64,000 nucleotides of DNA, from NCBI GenBank assembly GCA_963677925.2, contig CAXXYH010000003.1, forward strand, positions 576,001 through 640,000. The letters run 5' to 3'. This document shows, in pieces, positions 1-8,617 of this stretch; the first letter of the stretch is position 1, and the number at the start of each line of letters is the position of its first letter. Made by a program: the position numbers and the translations under genes. Source of the stretch: Spirochaetia bacterium. GTDB lineage: Bacteria; Spirochaetota; Spirochaetia; UBA9216. Below the pieces are notes generated by a model. The model saw only the letters and a list, made by a program, of their open reading frames with translations, was not told the origin of the DNA and did no database searches.

Positions 1-129
1 AACACGTATATCGGTCAAGCCACCGGCACTATCCCGAAGGGGTTCAGTCAGTGCTGTGACAGAACTTTTTCATAGACCTGACAGACAGCAAAGATAGCTG
101 AAAGTCGGGATGTCTGTTAGAATGCCTGT

Positions 130-687
130 ATGTACGAAAAATTTTACCGTATCAACAAAGACAGAGGAAGTGTGATAATCGATATCGCACTAGACAACTA
201 CAACGACTTTTTCAATGAATGGGACAATACCTCTTTCAAGATAAGAGATATTCATCCGGAACTTGAGGAATATCTTAATTACTGTTCAGAAGAAATCCCC
301 CTGCGCAAAAAACTTGAAATTCACTTCTTTGTTGAAGATCCGGAAGTCAACGAAACAAGGGAAAATCAGATTAAAACCAGTTACCGCAATTATTACACCT
401 TTATGCAGAGAATCGAACGGAAAAAGGTAAACAGAAGTCTTTTCCAGGTTATAACTCTTACAGCGATCGCTATTGTTTGTATTTTTGCGTATTACATGCT
501 GGAAAGTAGTCATGAGATTGAAAGTATCTGGGGTAATGTACTGGTTGAAGGCCTTATGATAGGCGGCTGGGTTTTTGCATGGGAGGCATTGTCAATAGTC
601 ACTTTTGAAATGCACAAACATCTGCGGAGAATCAGTGAACTAAAGCGTTTTTTTAAGGCTAAAATACATTTCGGATATAAAAAATAA
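130..687 (+). CDS. Hypothetical membrane protein (two C-terminal TM helices)
   Basis: 185-aa ORF with a soluble N-terminus and two hydrophobic segments (VITLTAIAIVCIFAYYML; VLVEGLMIGGWVFAWEAL). TGnTAGAAT ends 6 nt before the ATG. Confidence 0.75.
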   Translation: MYEKFYRINKDRGSVIIDIALDNYNDFFNEWDNTSFKIRDIHPELEEYLNYCSEEIPLRKKLEIHFFVEDPEVNETRENQIKTSYRNYYTFMQRIERKKVNRSLFQVITLTAIAIVCIFAYYMLESSHEIESIWGNVLVEGLMIGGWVFAWEALSIVTFEMHKHLRRISELKRFFKAKIHFGYKK

Positions 688-693
688 GTATAA

Positions 694-891
694 TTAAGAA
701 CACAAGCTTAGAAGCTTGGAAATATTATGAAGCTTATTTATCCGTGTTTTTAAAGATTCAATTTTCTGAAGCTCATCTCTTGAGTTTAAATCATTCGGAC
801 GTGTATCACAGACAGACTTCCAGGACGCCTCAAATTCATTCAGTCCGCTGCTGATAATACCGAACTCCTCGCTGGACAGTTCAACAAGCAC
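694..891 (-). CDS. Small hypothetical protein (65 aa)
   Basis: Lies within track ORF 694..1014. GGAGGT just upstream of the in-frame GTG at 891 suggests this shorter start. C-terminal half looks helical. Confidence 0.45.
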   Translation of the reverse strand: MLVELSSEEFGIISSGLNEFEASWKSVCDTRPNDLNSRDELQKIESLKTRINKLHNISKLLSLCS

Positions 892-1029
892 AGCTACCTC
901 CAAAAGTAATAATCCACCTGTTATGATGTTAACGTGATAATAATTTGTCTGCAACAATTTTTTTTCAGCACTGTTTTTTTTATATATATCCTTGTAATGT
1001 AATCGATTTCGCATAATACTTAACCGTGT

Positions 1030-1221
1030 ATGAATAAAGAGATTAAAATATACAGCACAGTTACAGGAGGCAGAAAGCTCGGCTTAACCTCATCAACAAT
1101 GCAGCAGTATCACCGGAATCATAATATTGGAACTAAAATCGGGCCGAGAAACATCTGTTTTACAGAGAAAGATCTTGAGGATATATGCAGGCTCAGAGAT
1201 AAACGCTGGTCCAAATCTTAA
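1030..1221 (+). CDS. Small stand-alone MerR/excisionase-like winged-HTH protein
   Basis: YST..GRKLGLTSSTMQQY...G.R..FTEKDLEDI matches the MerR/HTH_17 pattern; 63 aa, basic. Confidence 0.55.
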   Translation: MNKEIKIYSTVTGGRKLGLTSSTMQQYHRNHNIGTKIGPRNICFTEKDLEDICRLRDKRWSKS

Positions 1222-1232
1222 AAATATTTCGC

Positions 1233-1261
1233 TTGCTAATAGTCTCTGCTTTGTTTAAAAT
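1233..1261 (+). promoter_or_regulatory. Sigma70-type promoter of the K+ channel operon
   Basis: TTGCTA-17 nt-TAAAAT, ending 12 nt before ATG 1274. Confidence 0.5.
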
Positions 1262-1273
1262 CATATATAGAAA

Positions 1274-2476
1274 ATGAATCTAAGAAAAAAATTCAGACAG
1301 TTTTACGACTCTTTGACTGAGTCTCCATTCTACAGACTCGGTATAATGTTCACTATGCTTTTCGTCGGAACCGGCGGAATAGTTACAATTATCGAGTTCG
1401 GCAGAAACGACCAGTTTGAAAACTTTTTTGACGGTATCTGGTGGGCTGTAATCACATTCAGTACTATCGGTTACGGAGACAAATCTCCGGTGACCATGCC
1501 CGGAAGATTTATAACACTCATTTCAATTTTTTTCGGCATGGCATTGATGAGTTTACTCTCAGGTACCTTCGCGTCAGTTTTTGTTGAAAGAAATACAAGA
1601 GCCAGGAGAGGATTAATGGACTTCCCAAAACTCAGCAGCCATCTGGTAATATGCGGATGGAAAAGTAATATGAGCGACATTCTCAAAGACATCCTGCTTC
1701 TATCGGATTCCACACAGCCGGAAAAGATCGTTATCATATCAAATATTGAAACTGATAAAATTGAGGCGCTAAAGGAAACCCCTGAATTAAAAAAAGTAAA
1801 ATACATAAGAGGTGACTACTTCTCTGAAGACACCCTTAAACGCGCGAATATAATGGGAGCTTCAAAGGCTATTGTACTTGCTGATACTGTTGAAAGCGCC
1901 GGAGCTTCTGAAGCAGACTCCAAAACTGTAATGACAGTGCTGACTATAAAAACACTTTCAAAAGATCTTTATGTCTGTGCCGAACTGGTTGACCGGAAAT
2001 ACGAGCCCTACCTCAGAAACGCCATGTGTGATGAGATACTTTTTCCAAGGGATCTCAACAGGCAGATGCTCGCCGGAACTACAATAACAAACGGGCTGTC
2101 AAACATACTCACAGATCTGATATCCAATACATCATCCCCTATTCAGATAAGCACAACTGAAATGATAACCGATTTCGTCGGTAAAACTTTCAAAGAATAC
2201 AAAGAAAACATGCATCTGTCCGATGATAAAATCCTTATAGGGATTCTTGAAAACACAGGCTCTCCCAACAATGTAAAAATGGGTGCGCTTCGTGAAGCCC
2301 AGAAAACACCCGATATTTCCAAGCTGGTTACAAACCTCCAGGGAGTCAAGGGGCTGGCTCTTAACAAACCGGTTTTTATTCCCGGTGATGACTATATAAT
2401 CCAGAAATATTCCAAGGGAATCATAATAGGCAAAACAAGCTTCATGCTTTCGGAAGAATCCGAAGCGGCGGTTTAG
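1274..2476 (+). CDS. Potassium channel, 2TM pore plus RCK (TrkA-N) domain (MthK/Kch-like)
   Basis: WWAVITFSTIGYGD selectivity filter, flanking TM helices, and HLVICGW Rossmann start of the RCK domain. Confidence 0.92.
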   Translation: MNLRKKFRQFYDSLTESPFYRLGIMFTMLFVGTGGIVTIIEFGRNDQFENFFDGIWWAVITFSTIGYGDKSPVTMPGRFITLISIFFGMALMSLLSGTFASVFVERNTRARRGLMDFPKLSSHLVICGWKSNMSDILKDILLLSDSTQPEKIVIISNIETDKIEALKETPELKKVKYIRGDYFSEDTLKRANIMGASKAIVLADTVESAGASEADSKTVMTVLTIKTLSKDLYVCAELVDRKYEPYLRNAMCDEILFPRDLNRQMLAGTTITNGLSNILTDLISNTSSPIQISTTEMITDFVGKTFKEYKENMHLSDDKILIGILENTGSPNNVKMGALREAQKTPDISKLVTNLQGVKGLALNKPVFIPGDDYIIQKYSKGIIIGKTSFMLSEESEAAV

Positions 2477-2488
2477 GAGGACTGACTT

Positions 2489-2998
2489 ATGGGAATTCGC
2501 TCCCAGACAAGTGCACTGCATCTTGAAAAACTGAAAAGCATACCTCTTTTTGAAGCAATCAAGGACAACGATGAAGCCATGGAAAAGATCACATCGATCT
2601 GTTCTACAAAAAAATTCCATAAGGGCGATCATATAATAACAGAGGCTGAAACTGGTGATGAGCTTTTCATTCTTCTTGAGGGTGCTGTAAATATCTTAAA
2701 AAGAACACGTTCAGGTGACGATTATGTTGTAGTAAATCTTAGAGCCGAATTTAATATTTTCATTGGAGAAATGGCTCTTATCGATGATGATAAACGTTCA
2801 GCTTCAGTAGTAGCCACGGAAAACTGTGAAGTTCTTGTTATAGGGAAGTCGGACTTCCTGAATCTTGGAAACAACAACCCCGAGATAGGCCTCCCCATTA
2901 CCAGGGCGCTGGCCAAGATTGTTGCAGGTAGACTCAGAAAAACAAACGAAGATATGATGACATTATTCGATGCTCTTCTGAGTGAAATTGAAGGATAA
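2489..2998 (+). CDS. Stand-alone cyclic nucleotide-binding domain protein
   Basis: LKSIPLF start, GDELFILLEG, and phosphate-binding cassette GEMALIDDDKRSASV. No HTH. SD AGGAGG. Confidence 0.9.
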   Translation: MGIRSQTSALHLEKLKSIPLFEAIKDNDEAMEKITSICSTKKFHKGDHIITEAETGDELFILLEGAVNILKRTRSGDDYVVVNLRAEFNIFIGEMALIDDDKRSASVVATENCEVLVIGKSDFLNLGNNNPEIGLPITRALAKIVAGRLRKTNEDMMTLFDALLSEIEG

Positions 2999-3007
2999 TC
3001 ATCTCCT

Positions 3008-4246
3008 GTGCAGAAATATGATATCAGACAGTACTCAATTTACATCATACTTATTTCTATAAATCTTATTATTTCTTTCTACTCCTCGGTTATTCTAAAA
3101 AATGTGATAATACTCAGTGTCTACCGGAAAATCAGCCTTTTTATTCCATTCCTTTTTATTATTTCAGCCTTCCTTGCATATCGAACAGCCGAGACGAGGA
3201 TAGTTCTGTTAAATCTGGTCATCCTTATAATTTCATCAGCAGGCCCTCTGGTGAATGTACTGCTGCCTCTTCTCGGAAGGGAGCTTCCGGAAATATTCAA
3301 AACATCTCCAAAGGGGTTTTACAACATTTCCCTTCTTTTTCCTTTTGCATACGTATTAATTTTTTCATTTCCTGATCGGATAGGAAGATATTCGCTGTTA
3401 ATTCCAAAAATTGTCCTTGCAGCCGGAGCATTTCTGTTCAGCGGGTTTTACCCCGGAGCTACAGCTGTACACACTGATATCCTTGCGAATCTGCCGATTC
3501 TCAGCCTTGAGGCGGCAGCGGTTTTATTCTCATTATTTCCGGCAGTCCTTCCTCTGATTACAGGCAGCCGCCGTACTTACACCCTTGCTCCGGCAGTTTC
3601 AGCTTCCATGCTGATGATAAGTATTCCCGCAATACTTAATTTCAGTTCTTTTCTTTATAATCTTTGTTTTCTGACCGCTGGAATTATCCAGCTTCACTCT
3701 CTTTACAGAATATACTGGGACAACTCATATATAGATGAACTTACAGGCTTGCTTAACCGCAGAGCCCTTGATGAGCGACTTCATAAATTAACCAGAGCCT
3801 ACACTCTTTCAATGTCTGATATTGACCATTTCAAAAACTTTAACGACACCTACGGTCATGACTCGGGAGATAATGTGCTTAGACTTGTCGCAAAAATTCT
3901 ATACAATCATTTCGGACGCAGTGCCTACAGATACGGAGGTGAGGAGTTCTGTGTAATATTCAGAAAAACTGAATTGAAACAGGCTGCTTCGCTGATGGAT
4001 AATGCAAGAAAGTCTATAGCAGAGCATAGTTTTTACATAAGACAGGATTCAAAAAACAGAAAAAAATCCGGAAGGAATAAGACAGGCAGATCTGCGAAGA
4101 AAGTTGAAATAAATATCAGCGCCGGAGTTGCCCAGCCTGGCAGCTCAGCAGTAAGCGCTTTTGACGTGCTTAAAAACGCAGATACAGCCCTGTATGCGGC
4201 TAAAAAGAACGGACGGAACCGTGTTGAGATGAGCCGAAAACGCTGA
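3008..4246 (+). CDS. Membrane-bound diguanylate cyclase (GGDEF domain)
   Basis: Multiple TM helices, then DELTGLLNRR, DIDHFKNFNDTYGH, RYGGEEF, ADTALYAAK. No RxxD I-site. Confidence 0.93.
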   Translation: MQKYDIRQYSIYIILISINLIISFYSSVILKNVIILSVYRKISLFIPFLFIISAFLAYRTAETRIVLLNLVILIISSAGPLVNVLLPLLGRELPEIFKTSPKGFYNISLLFPFAYVLIFSFPDRIGRYSLLIPKIVLAAGAFLFSGFYPGATAVHTDILANLPILSLEAAAVLFSLFPAVLPLITGSRRTYTLAPAVSASMLMISIPAILNFSSFLYNLCFLTAGIIQLHSLYRIYWDNSYIDELTGLLNRRALDERLHKLTRAYTLSMSDIDHFKNFNDTYGHDSGDNVLRLVAKILYNHFGRSAYRYGGEEFCVIFRKTELKQAASLMDNARKSIAEHSFYIRQDSKNRKKSGRNKTGRSAKKVEINISAGVAQPGSSAVSAFDVLKNADTALYAAKKNGRNRVEMSRKR

Positions 4247-4251
4247 TTTTT

Positions 4252-5658
4252 CTATCTTTTCAACCAGACTTTCAGCCGCTGAGGAAAATGTCCCGGATTT
4301 TTTAATTTATTGAACGCTCTGACAACTGCATCTACATCATTCCGGCCCGGTGGTAATTCAGCATAAACACTCTGTATAAAATTCTCGGTTATCAGTTCAA
4401 TATCCTGTCCGGCAAAATTATATACTTCAGTCAGCCTTGTATTATATTCAAACGGAGTTTCATTTTCCGCTCTTGGAACACCGCCGCGCCTTCCCCATTT
4501 TAAAAACTGACTGTAAACAGATTCTACTGTTTTTTCTGTTTTGCCTTTTTTCATCAGGAAGATTTTCAATCTGCCGAAGAAAATAGGTAGCATCTTAATG
4601 ATCAGCTGTATAAGTTTTATAAAAGCTGATCCTGAAACTGCTTTTTCTTTTACAGCAGTACGGGCAAAAAGTTTCTTAACAGACATCCATAGAAAAACAG
4701 CCAGGGCTATCAGCACAGCGGCGGCAGACAGGACGCCCAGTATCCAGATTATAATCGAACCAAGAGTTGACTCATCTTCGGTTCCGCCGGACATGTACGC
4801 AGCCTCACCTGCCCCCTCACCTGATCCCGAAGCCGCTGCCTCAGTACGGGCGGTTTTTCTGAAAAAGAGAAAACGAAGTATACTGGCAAGTATATTACCC
4901 GCAGGAACTGAAGCCTGTTTCAGTACCCTGAACCCCGACTGAGCCGCTGAATTTAATTCCGGCAGCAGGATAAGAAAAATTACAGAGATAAAGGATAGTA
5001 TAACAACCGCAGCAAGGAGAACCGCGCCTGTTCCGCGGTGACTGTTTATAAAAGTTTTACCGGTATCTGAAAATTCTCTTGATAAAATAATTGATGCAAG
5101 ACTGAAAATAAAAAATACAAAGAAAAGTCTTATTAATTTTGTATCGATGATAACAATTTCAGCTCTGGTACGCAGGACCATTTTCAGAAGGAAAATAATA
5201 AAAAAAACAGCCGCACCGGCATCAAGCAGTCCGCAGCTCCGGGCATAATCATTCTTTTTGGCAGATACTGTTATTCCTGAAACCCATAAAAATCCCAGGG
5301 CAAAGATGTTAAGAAATAAAAAGAACAACTCTGAAATACTTCGCTGCATGCTGAAAAACGACCCGTACCAGTTCAAACTATATAAAGGTGAGGAAATATT
5401 ATAGTAATCATGAATGAAAACTGTACCAAGAAGCAGAAAGAGAACAAGCTGAATAAAAATTACGAATATCAACCTTTGCCCCCTGCCCCGTCCTAACACC
5501 GATACAGTAAATGCAGCGGCATAAAACAGCAGAGCATAGAAAAAAGGGAAATCTCTACCCTCTAAAGCAAGAATTGTAAAATAGACTGCAGCATATCGCA
5601 AAAAAAATCCGCTTAGTCCGTTCAGCCTCGAGGCGTGAAGTATTCTATTTTTGTTCAC
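4252..5658 (-). CDS. DUF4129-domain membrane protein (MoxR operon)
   Basis: Multi-TM protein with C-terminal Y..F..W...G..R..NETPFEY...F...VY motif; third gene after MoxR and DUF58. Confidence 0.75.
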   Translation of the reverse strand: MNKNRILHASRLNGLSGFFLRYAAVYFTILALEGRDFPFFYALLFYAAAFTVSVLGRGRGQRLIFVIFIQLVLFLLLGTVFIHDYYNISSPLYSLNWYGSFFSMQRSISELFFLFLNIFALGFLWVSGITVSAKKNDYARSCGLLDAGAAVFFIIFLLKMVLRTRAEIVIIDTKLIRLFFVFFIFSLASIILSREFSDTGKTFINSHRGTGAVLLAAVVILSFISVIFLILLPELNSAAQSGFRVLKQASVPAGNILASILRFLFFRKTARTEAAASGSGEGAGEAAYMSGGTEDESTLGSIIIWILGVLSAAAVLIALAVFLWMSVKKLFARTAVKEKAVSGSAFIKLIQLIIKMLPIFFGRLKIFLMKKGKTEKTVESVYSQFLKWGRRGGVPRAENETPFEYNTRLTEVYNFAGQDIELITENFIQSVYAELPPGRNDVDAVVRAFNKLKNPGHFPQRLKVWLKR

Positions 5659-6842
5659 AGATGCAGTCCTGTTGTATCGAGAATATCGTCAGAGGTGAAT
5701 ATATTACTATCCGTTTCCCAGGTATCTGCACTGTCTCTGCACACTGCTATGCCGGTAAATGATACCCCCCGGTGCACCAGAATTTCTTTTAAAGCCAGCA
5801 GTTGAAGCGGACTGTATCCGACAGCAACCAGACTTACTGAAGAATTAAGCCTGAATCCGCTATCCAGCAGTTCCATCATGCCGTATTCAGTCTGCGGTTC
5901 CATTGCAGCCATTGTTTCAAGTATAGAAGTTATATGACTGATGTTTCTTCCCGGCCTTAAAACTCGGCTGCGCCCGCTCCTGAGCACGGAATTCGTTATA
6001 AAACCTGTAATCACACCCATCCGATCCATTTCATATAAAACAGAAGCTGCGGTTTCTACAGCCTTTTCAAATAAAAAATTATCCTCAGCTTCAGAGAATC
6101 CTTCTGTATCCAGTACAAGAACAACCTTCTCCTGCTCGGAAGGATCAAATATCTTCTCCATTAAATGACTGTATCTGGCACTGGCCTTCCAGTGAATATT
6201 TCTAGCCGGCTGCCAGTGCTGATACTCCCTTGTGCCGAGGATATAAACCGGGTCCTGTACCGGACTCTTTTTACCTGCTTTCCCGAACAAATCTCCAGCC
6301 TGCACAACAGGGAGCTTGACAGGATGTATTCTAGGGTAAACGGTAATCTCAAAAGAAGATGCATTTCGTTCTTTTATGTAGAACCCGAAGAAATCACCTC
6401 CTGAGATTTTCACCGGACCAATCTGAAATATTCCGCGTCTTTCAGCAATCATATTCCATTCAAGCTTTGCCTGCTGATACCACAAAAGTCCAGCTGTAGC
6501 GGAAGATGCCTGACCCTCAAAAAAATTTATTCCCTCAGATACCTCGGGAAGACTTACTTTCGCTATGACAGGAAGCAATTTACGGTTGAAAATCTCAGTC
6601 TCAATCTTAAGGGAATCCCCCCTGAAACACCGCCCGGTGCAGGTAAACAGTCTGCATTCAAGATTTTTCAGACTTAGAACACTCCATATTTTTATTATTC
6701 CGACAAGACCAAGAATCCCGGCTGTAAAAAGAACCATATCACGATCCATCCTAAGCAGTCCGGAAAAAAGGAAGACAGCTACAGCCAGGAGGATAAAGGG
6801 AACTGAGATTACCGAAATGGAATCATTGGGCTTTTCTGACAT
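5655..6842 (-). CDS. DUF58 domain protein
   Basis: RRG...GP.....D.FG, VYPR, GTREYQ..QPARNIHWKASAR, VVLVLD. Confidence 0.9.
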   Translation of the reverse strand: MSEKPNDSISVISVPFILLAVAVFLFSGLLRMDRDMVLFTAGILGLVGIIKIWSVLSLKNLECRLFTCTGRCFRGDSLKIETEIFNRKLLPVIAKVSLPEVSEGINFFEGQASSATAGLLWYQQAKLEWNMIAERRGIFQIGPVKISGGDFFGFYIKERNASSFEITVYPRIHPVKLPVVQAGDLFGKAGKKSPVQDPVYILGTREYQHWQPARNIHWKASARYSHLMEKIFDPSEQEKVVLVLDTEGFSEAEDNFLFEKAVETAASVLYEMDRMGVITGFITNSVLRSGRSRVLRPGRNISHITSILETMAAMEPQTEYGMMELLDSGFRLNSSVSLVAVGYSPLQLLALKEILVHRGVSFTGIAVCRDSADTWETDSNIFTSDDILDTTGLHL

Positions 6843-6843
6843 C

Positions 6844-7779
6844 TTAAATATTCACTGATACTGGAACTTCATCAAGTATTCCGTGAAGAACATCTCCCGC
6901 CGTCATACCTTTAATCCTGTACTCATCTTTGAGGATTAAACGGTGGCATAGTACCGGCATCGCAAGCATCTTGACATCATCAGGCAAGACAAAATCGCGT
7001 CCTCTCAATGCCGCCATGGCCTGACCGGCACGCAGGAGGCCAAGCGAACCTCTGGGACTGGCTCCGTATTTAAGAAACTGACTTATTCTTGTAGCACCGG
7101 TGATATCAGCAATATATTCTTTTACAGGCTCAGAGACCTTTATCATCCGTCTTTCCTGCTGAAGCAGTACCAGTTCTTTCGGCGAAATAACAGCAGATAT
7201 ATGCTCAAGAGGATCTTCCTGCTGAAACCGGTTCATTATTTCAATTTCTTCTGCTTTATCCGGATAACCAAGATTGATTTTCAAAAGGAACCGGTCAAGC
7301 TGTGCTTCCGGTAAAGGAAATGTTCCTTCCTGCTCTATCGGATTCTGAGTTGCTATAACAAAAAATGGACTCGGCAGTTCCATAGTCTGTCCGTCTACAG
7401 TGATCTGCCGCTCCTCCATACTTTCCAGCAGACTGGACTGTGTACGTGGAATTGTCCTGTTGATTTCATCTGCAAGAAGTATATTCGACATTACTGGTCC
7501 GGGCTGATATGCGAAAGTTCCGCTTTTCTGATTATAAATATTAAAACCGGTTATATCCGATGGAAGAAGATCAGGAGTAAACTGGATGCGTTTATATAAA
7601 CCGTCTATACTTTTTGCAAGTGCTTTTGATAATAGAGTTTTACCCTGCCCGGGTACATCTTCAAGAAGGACATGCCCCTCAGCGAGCAGTGCAACCATAA
7701 CAAGCTCTATGGCTTCTCTTTTACCAACTACAGCCTTTGATATATTTTGCATCACTGAACTGCACAAACCGTATTTCAT
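6844..7779 (-). CDS. moxR: MoxR family AAA+ ATPase
   Basis: GHVLLEDVPGQGKT, RIQFTPDLLPSDITG, LADEINR, ATQNPIEQEGTFPLPEAQLDRF. Confidence 0.95.
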   Translation of the reverse strand: MKYGLCSSVMQNISKAVVGKREAIELVMVALLAEGHVLLEDVPGQGKTLLSKALAKSIDGLYKRIQFTPDLLPSDITGFNIYNQKSGTFAYQPGPVMSNILLADEINRTIPRTQSSLLESMEERQITVDGQTMELPSPFFVIATQNPIEQEGTFPLPEAQLDRFLLKINLGYPDKAEEIEIMNRFQQEDPLEHISAVISPKELVLLQQERRMIKVSEPVKEYIADITGATRISQFLKYGASPRGSLGLLRAGQAMAALRGRDFVLPDDVKMLAMPVLCHRLILKDEYRIKGMTAGDVLHGILDEVPVSVNI

Positions 7780-7888
7780 AGAATATCCTCGATCAATTTT
7801 TAGAACAGTTCATTTTAGAATCGTTTCCTGAATAACACAATGGAGATTCTTTGAGAATTTACATAGTTTACATATCAGCAGATAATAT

Positions 7889-8608
7889 TCAGCAGAATAG
7901 ACTGAAGAAGTTTTTAAAGAGAGTTTTACCGGTTGCTGTGTATTCATTATTGATTTCAGCAAATTCACTTAAAAGTTCAGCTCTTTTCATCACGCGGAGA
8001 TCTTCATCTTCATCAAGCAGGCGTTTAAACAGGGGAGTATTCATCTCAAAATGACACTGTATTCCATAGGCTGAATTTTTATATTTCACTATCTGATTCT
8101 TACAGCTGCCGCCCTGCCCCTCACCGATCAGTTCAACCGATGCTGGAAGTTCGACCGTTTCGCCATGAAGCTGGAAAACTCTGAAGTGCTCACCAAGGTT
8201 TCGAAAAAGAAGTTCCTCGGCAGCACAGGCAGCACGACCAACAAAGTAGGGATTCCCGTTGCTGTGCTGAAAGCCGGTTTCCTTTTCAGGAGCTATAACG
8301 ACCTTCCCGCCGCAGACTTTAACCAGCATCTGCATTCCAAGACAGATACCCAGGTATGGAATACCGGCAGCGATACAACTTTTTATAAAATTGAGTTCAG
8401 CAATTATTTTTTGATTATCGTCATTGGCACTGTCAGGACCGCCCAGGACTACAACAGCAAGAAGCTCTGAATAATCAGGATATCCGGCGAACGCTGCTGC
8501 ATCAGCATCTATTATTACGTATGGTACTTTCATTTCTCTTAGAACATCAAGCGCGAGACCCGGGGTCTCACGCTCTACATTTCTTATAAAATGAACTTTT
8601 TTTTCCAT
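7889..8608 (-). CDS. Class I glutamine amidotransferase-like protein
   Basis: VLGGP, GICLGMQ (nucleophile Cys) and QCHFE (His/Glu). Confidence 0.9.
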   Translation of the reverse strand: MEKKVHFIRNVERETPGLALDVLREMKVPYVIIDADAAAFAGYPDYSELLAVVVLGGPDSANDDNQKIIAELNFIKSCIAAGIPYLGICLGMQMLVKVCGGKVVIAPEKETGFQHSNGNPYFVGRAACAAEELLFRNLGEHFRVFQLHGETVELPASVELIGEGQGGSCKNQIVKYKNSAYGIQCHFEMNTPLFKRLLDEDEDLRVMKRAELLSEFAEINNEYTATGKTLFKNFFSLFC

Positions 8609-8617
8609 GTAAAAAGT

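Noticed and set aside
1-100. Possible gene fragment at the left edge
   Set aside because: Several short open frames, none recognisable; cannot be assigned.
4252-7779. MoxR-DUF58-DUF4129 operon as a novel system
   Set aside because: Widespread, already described arrangement.
7858-7874. Short direct repeat TTTACATA x2 upstream of moxR
   Set aside because: Too short and AT-rich to distinguish from chance.
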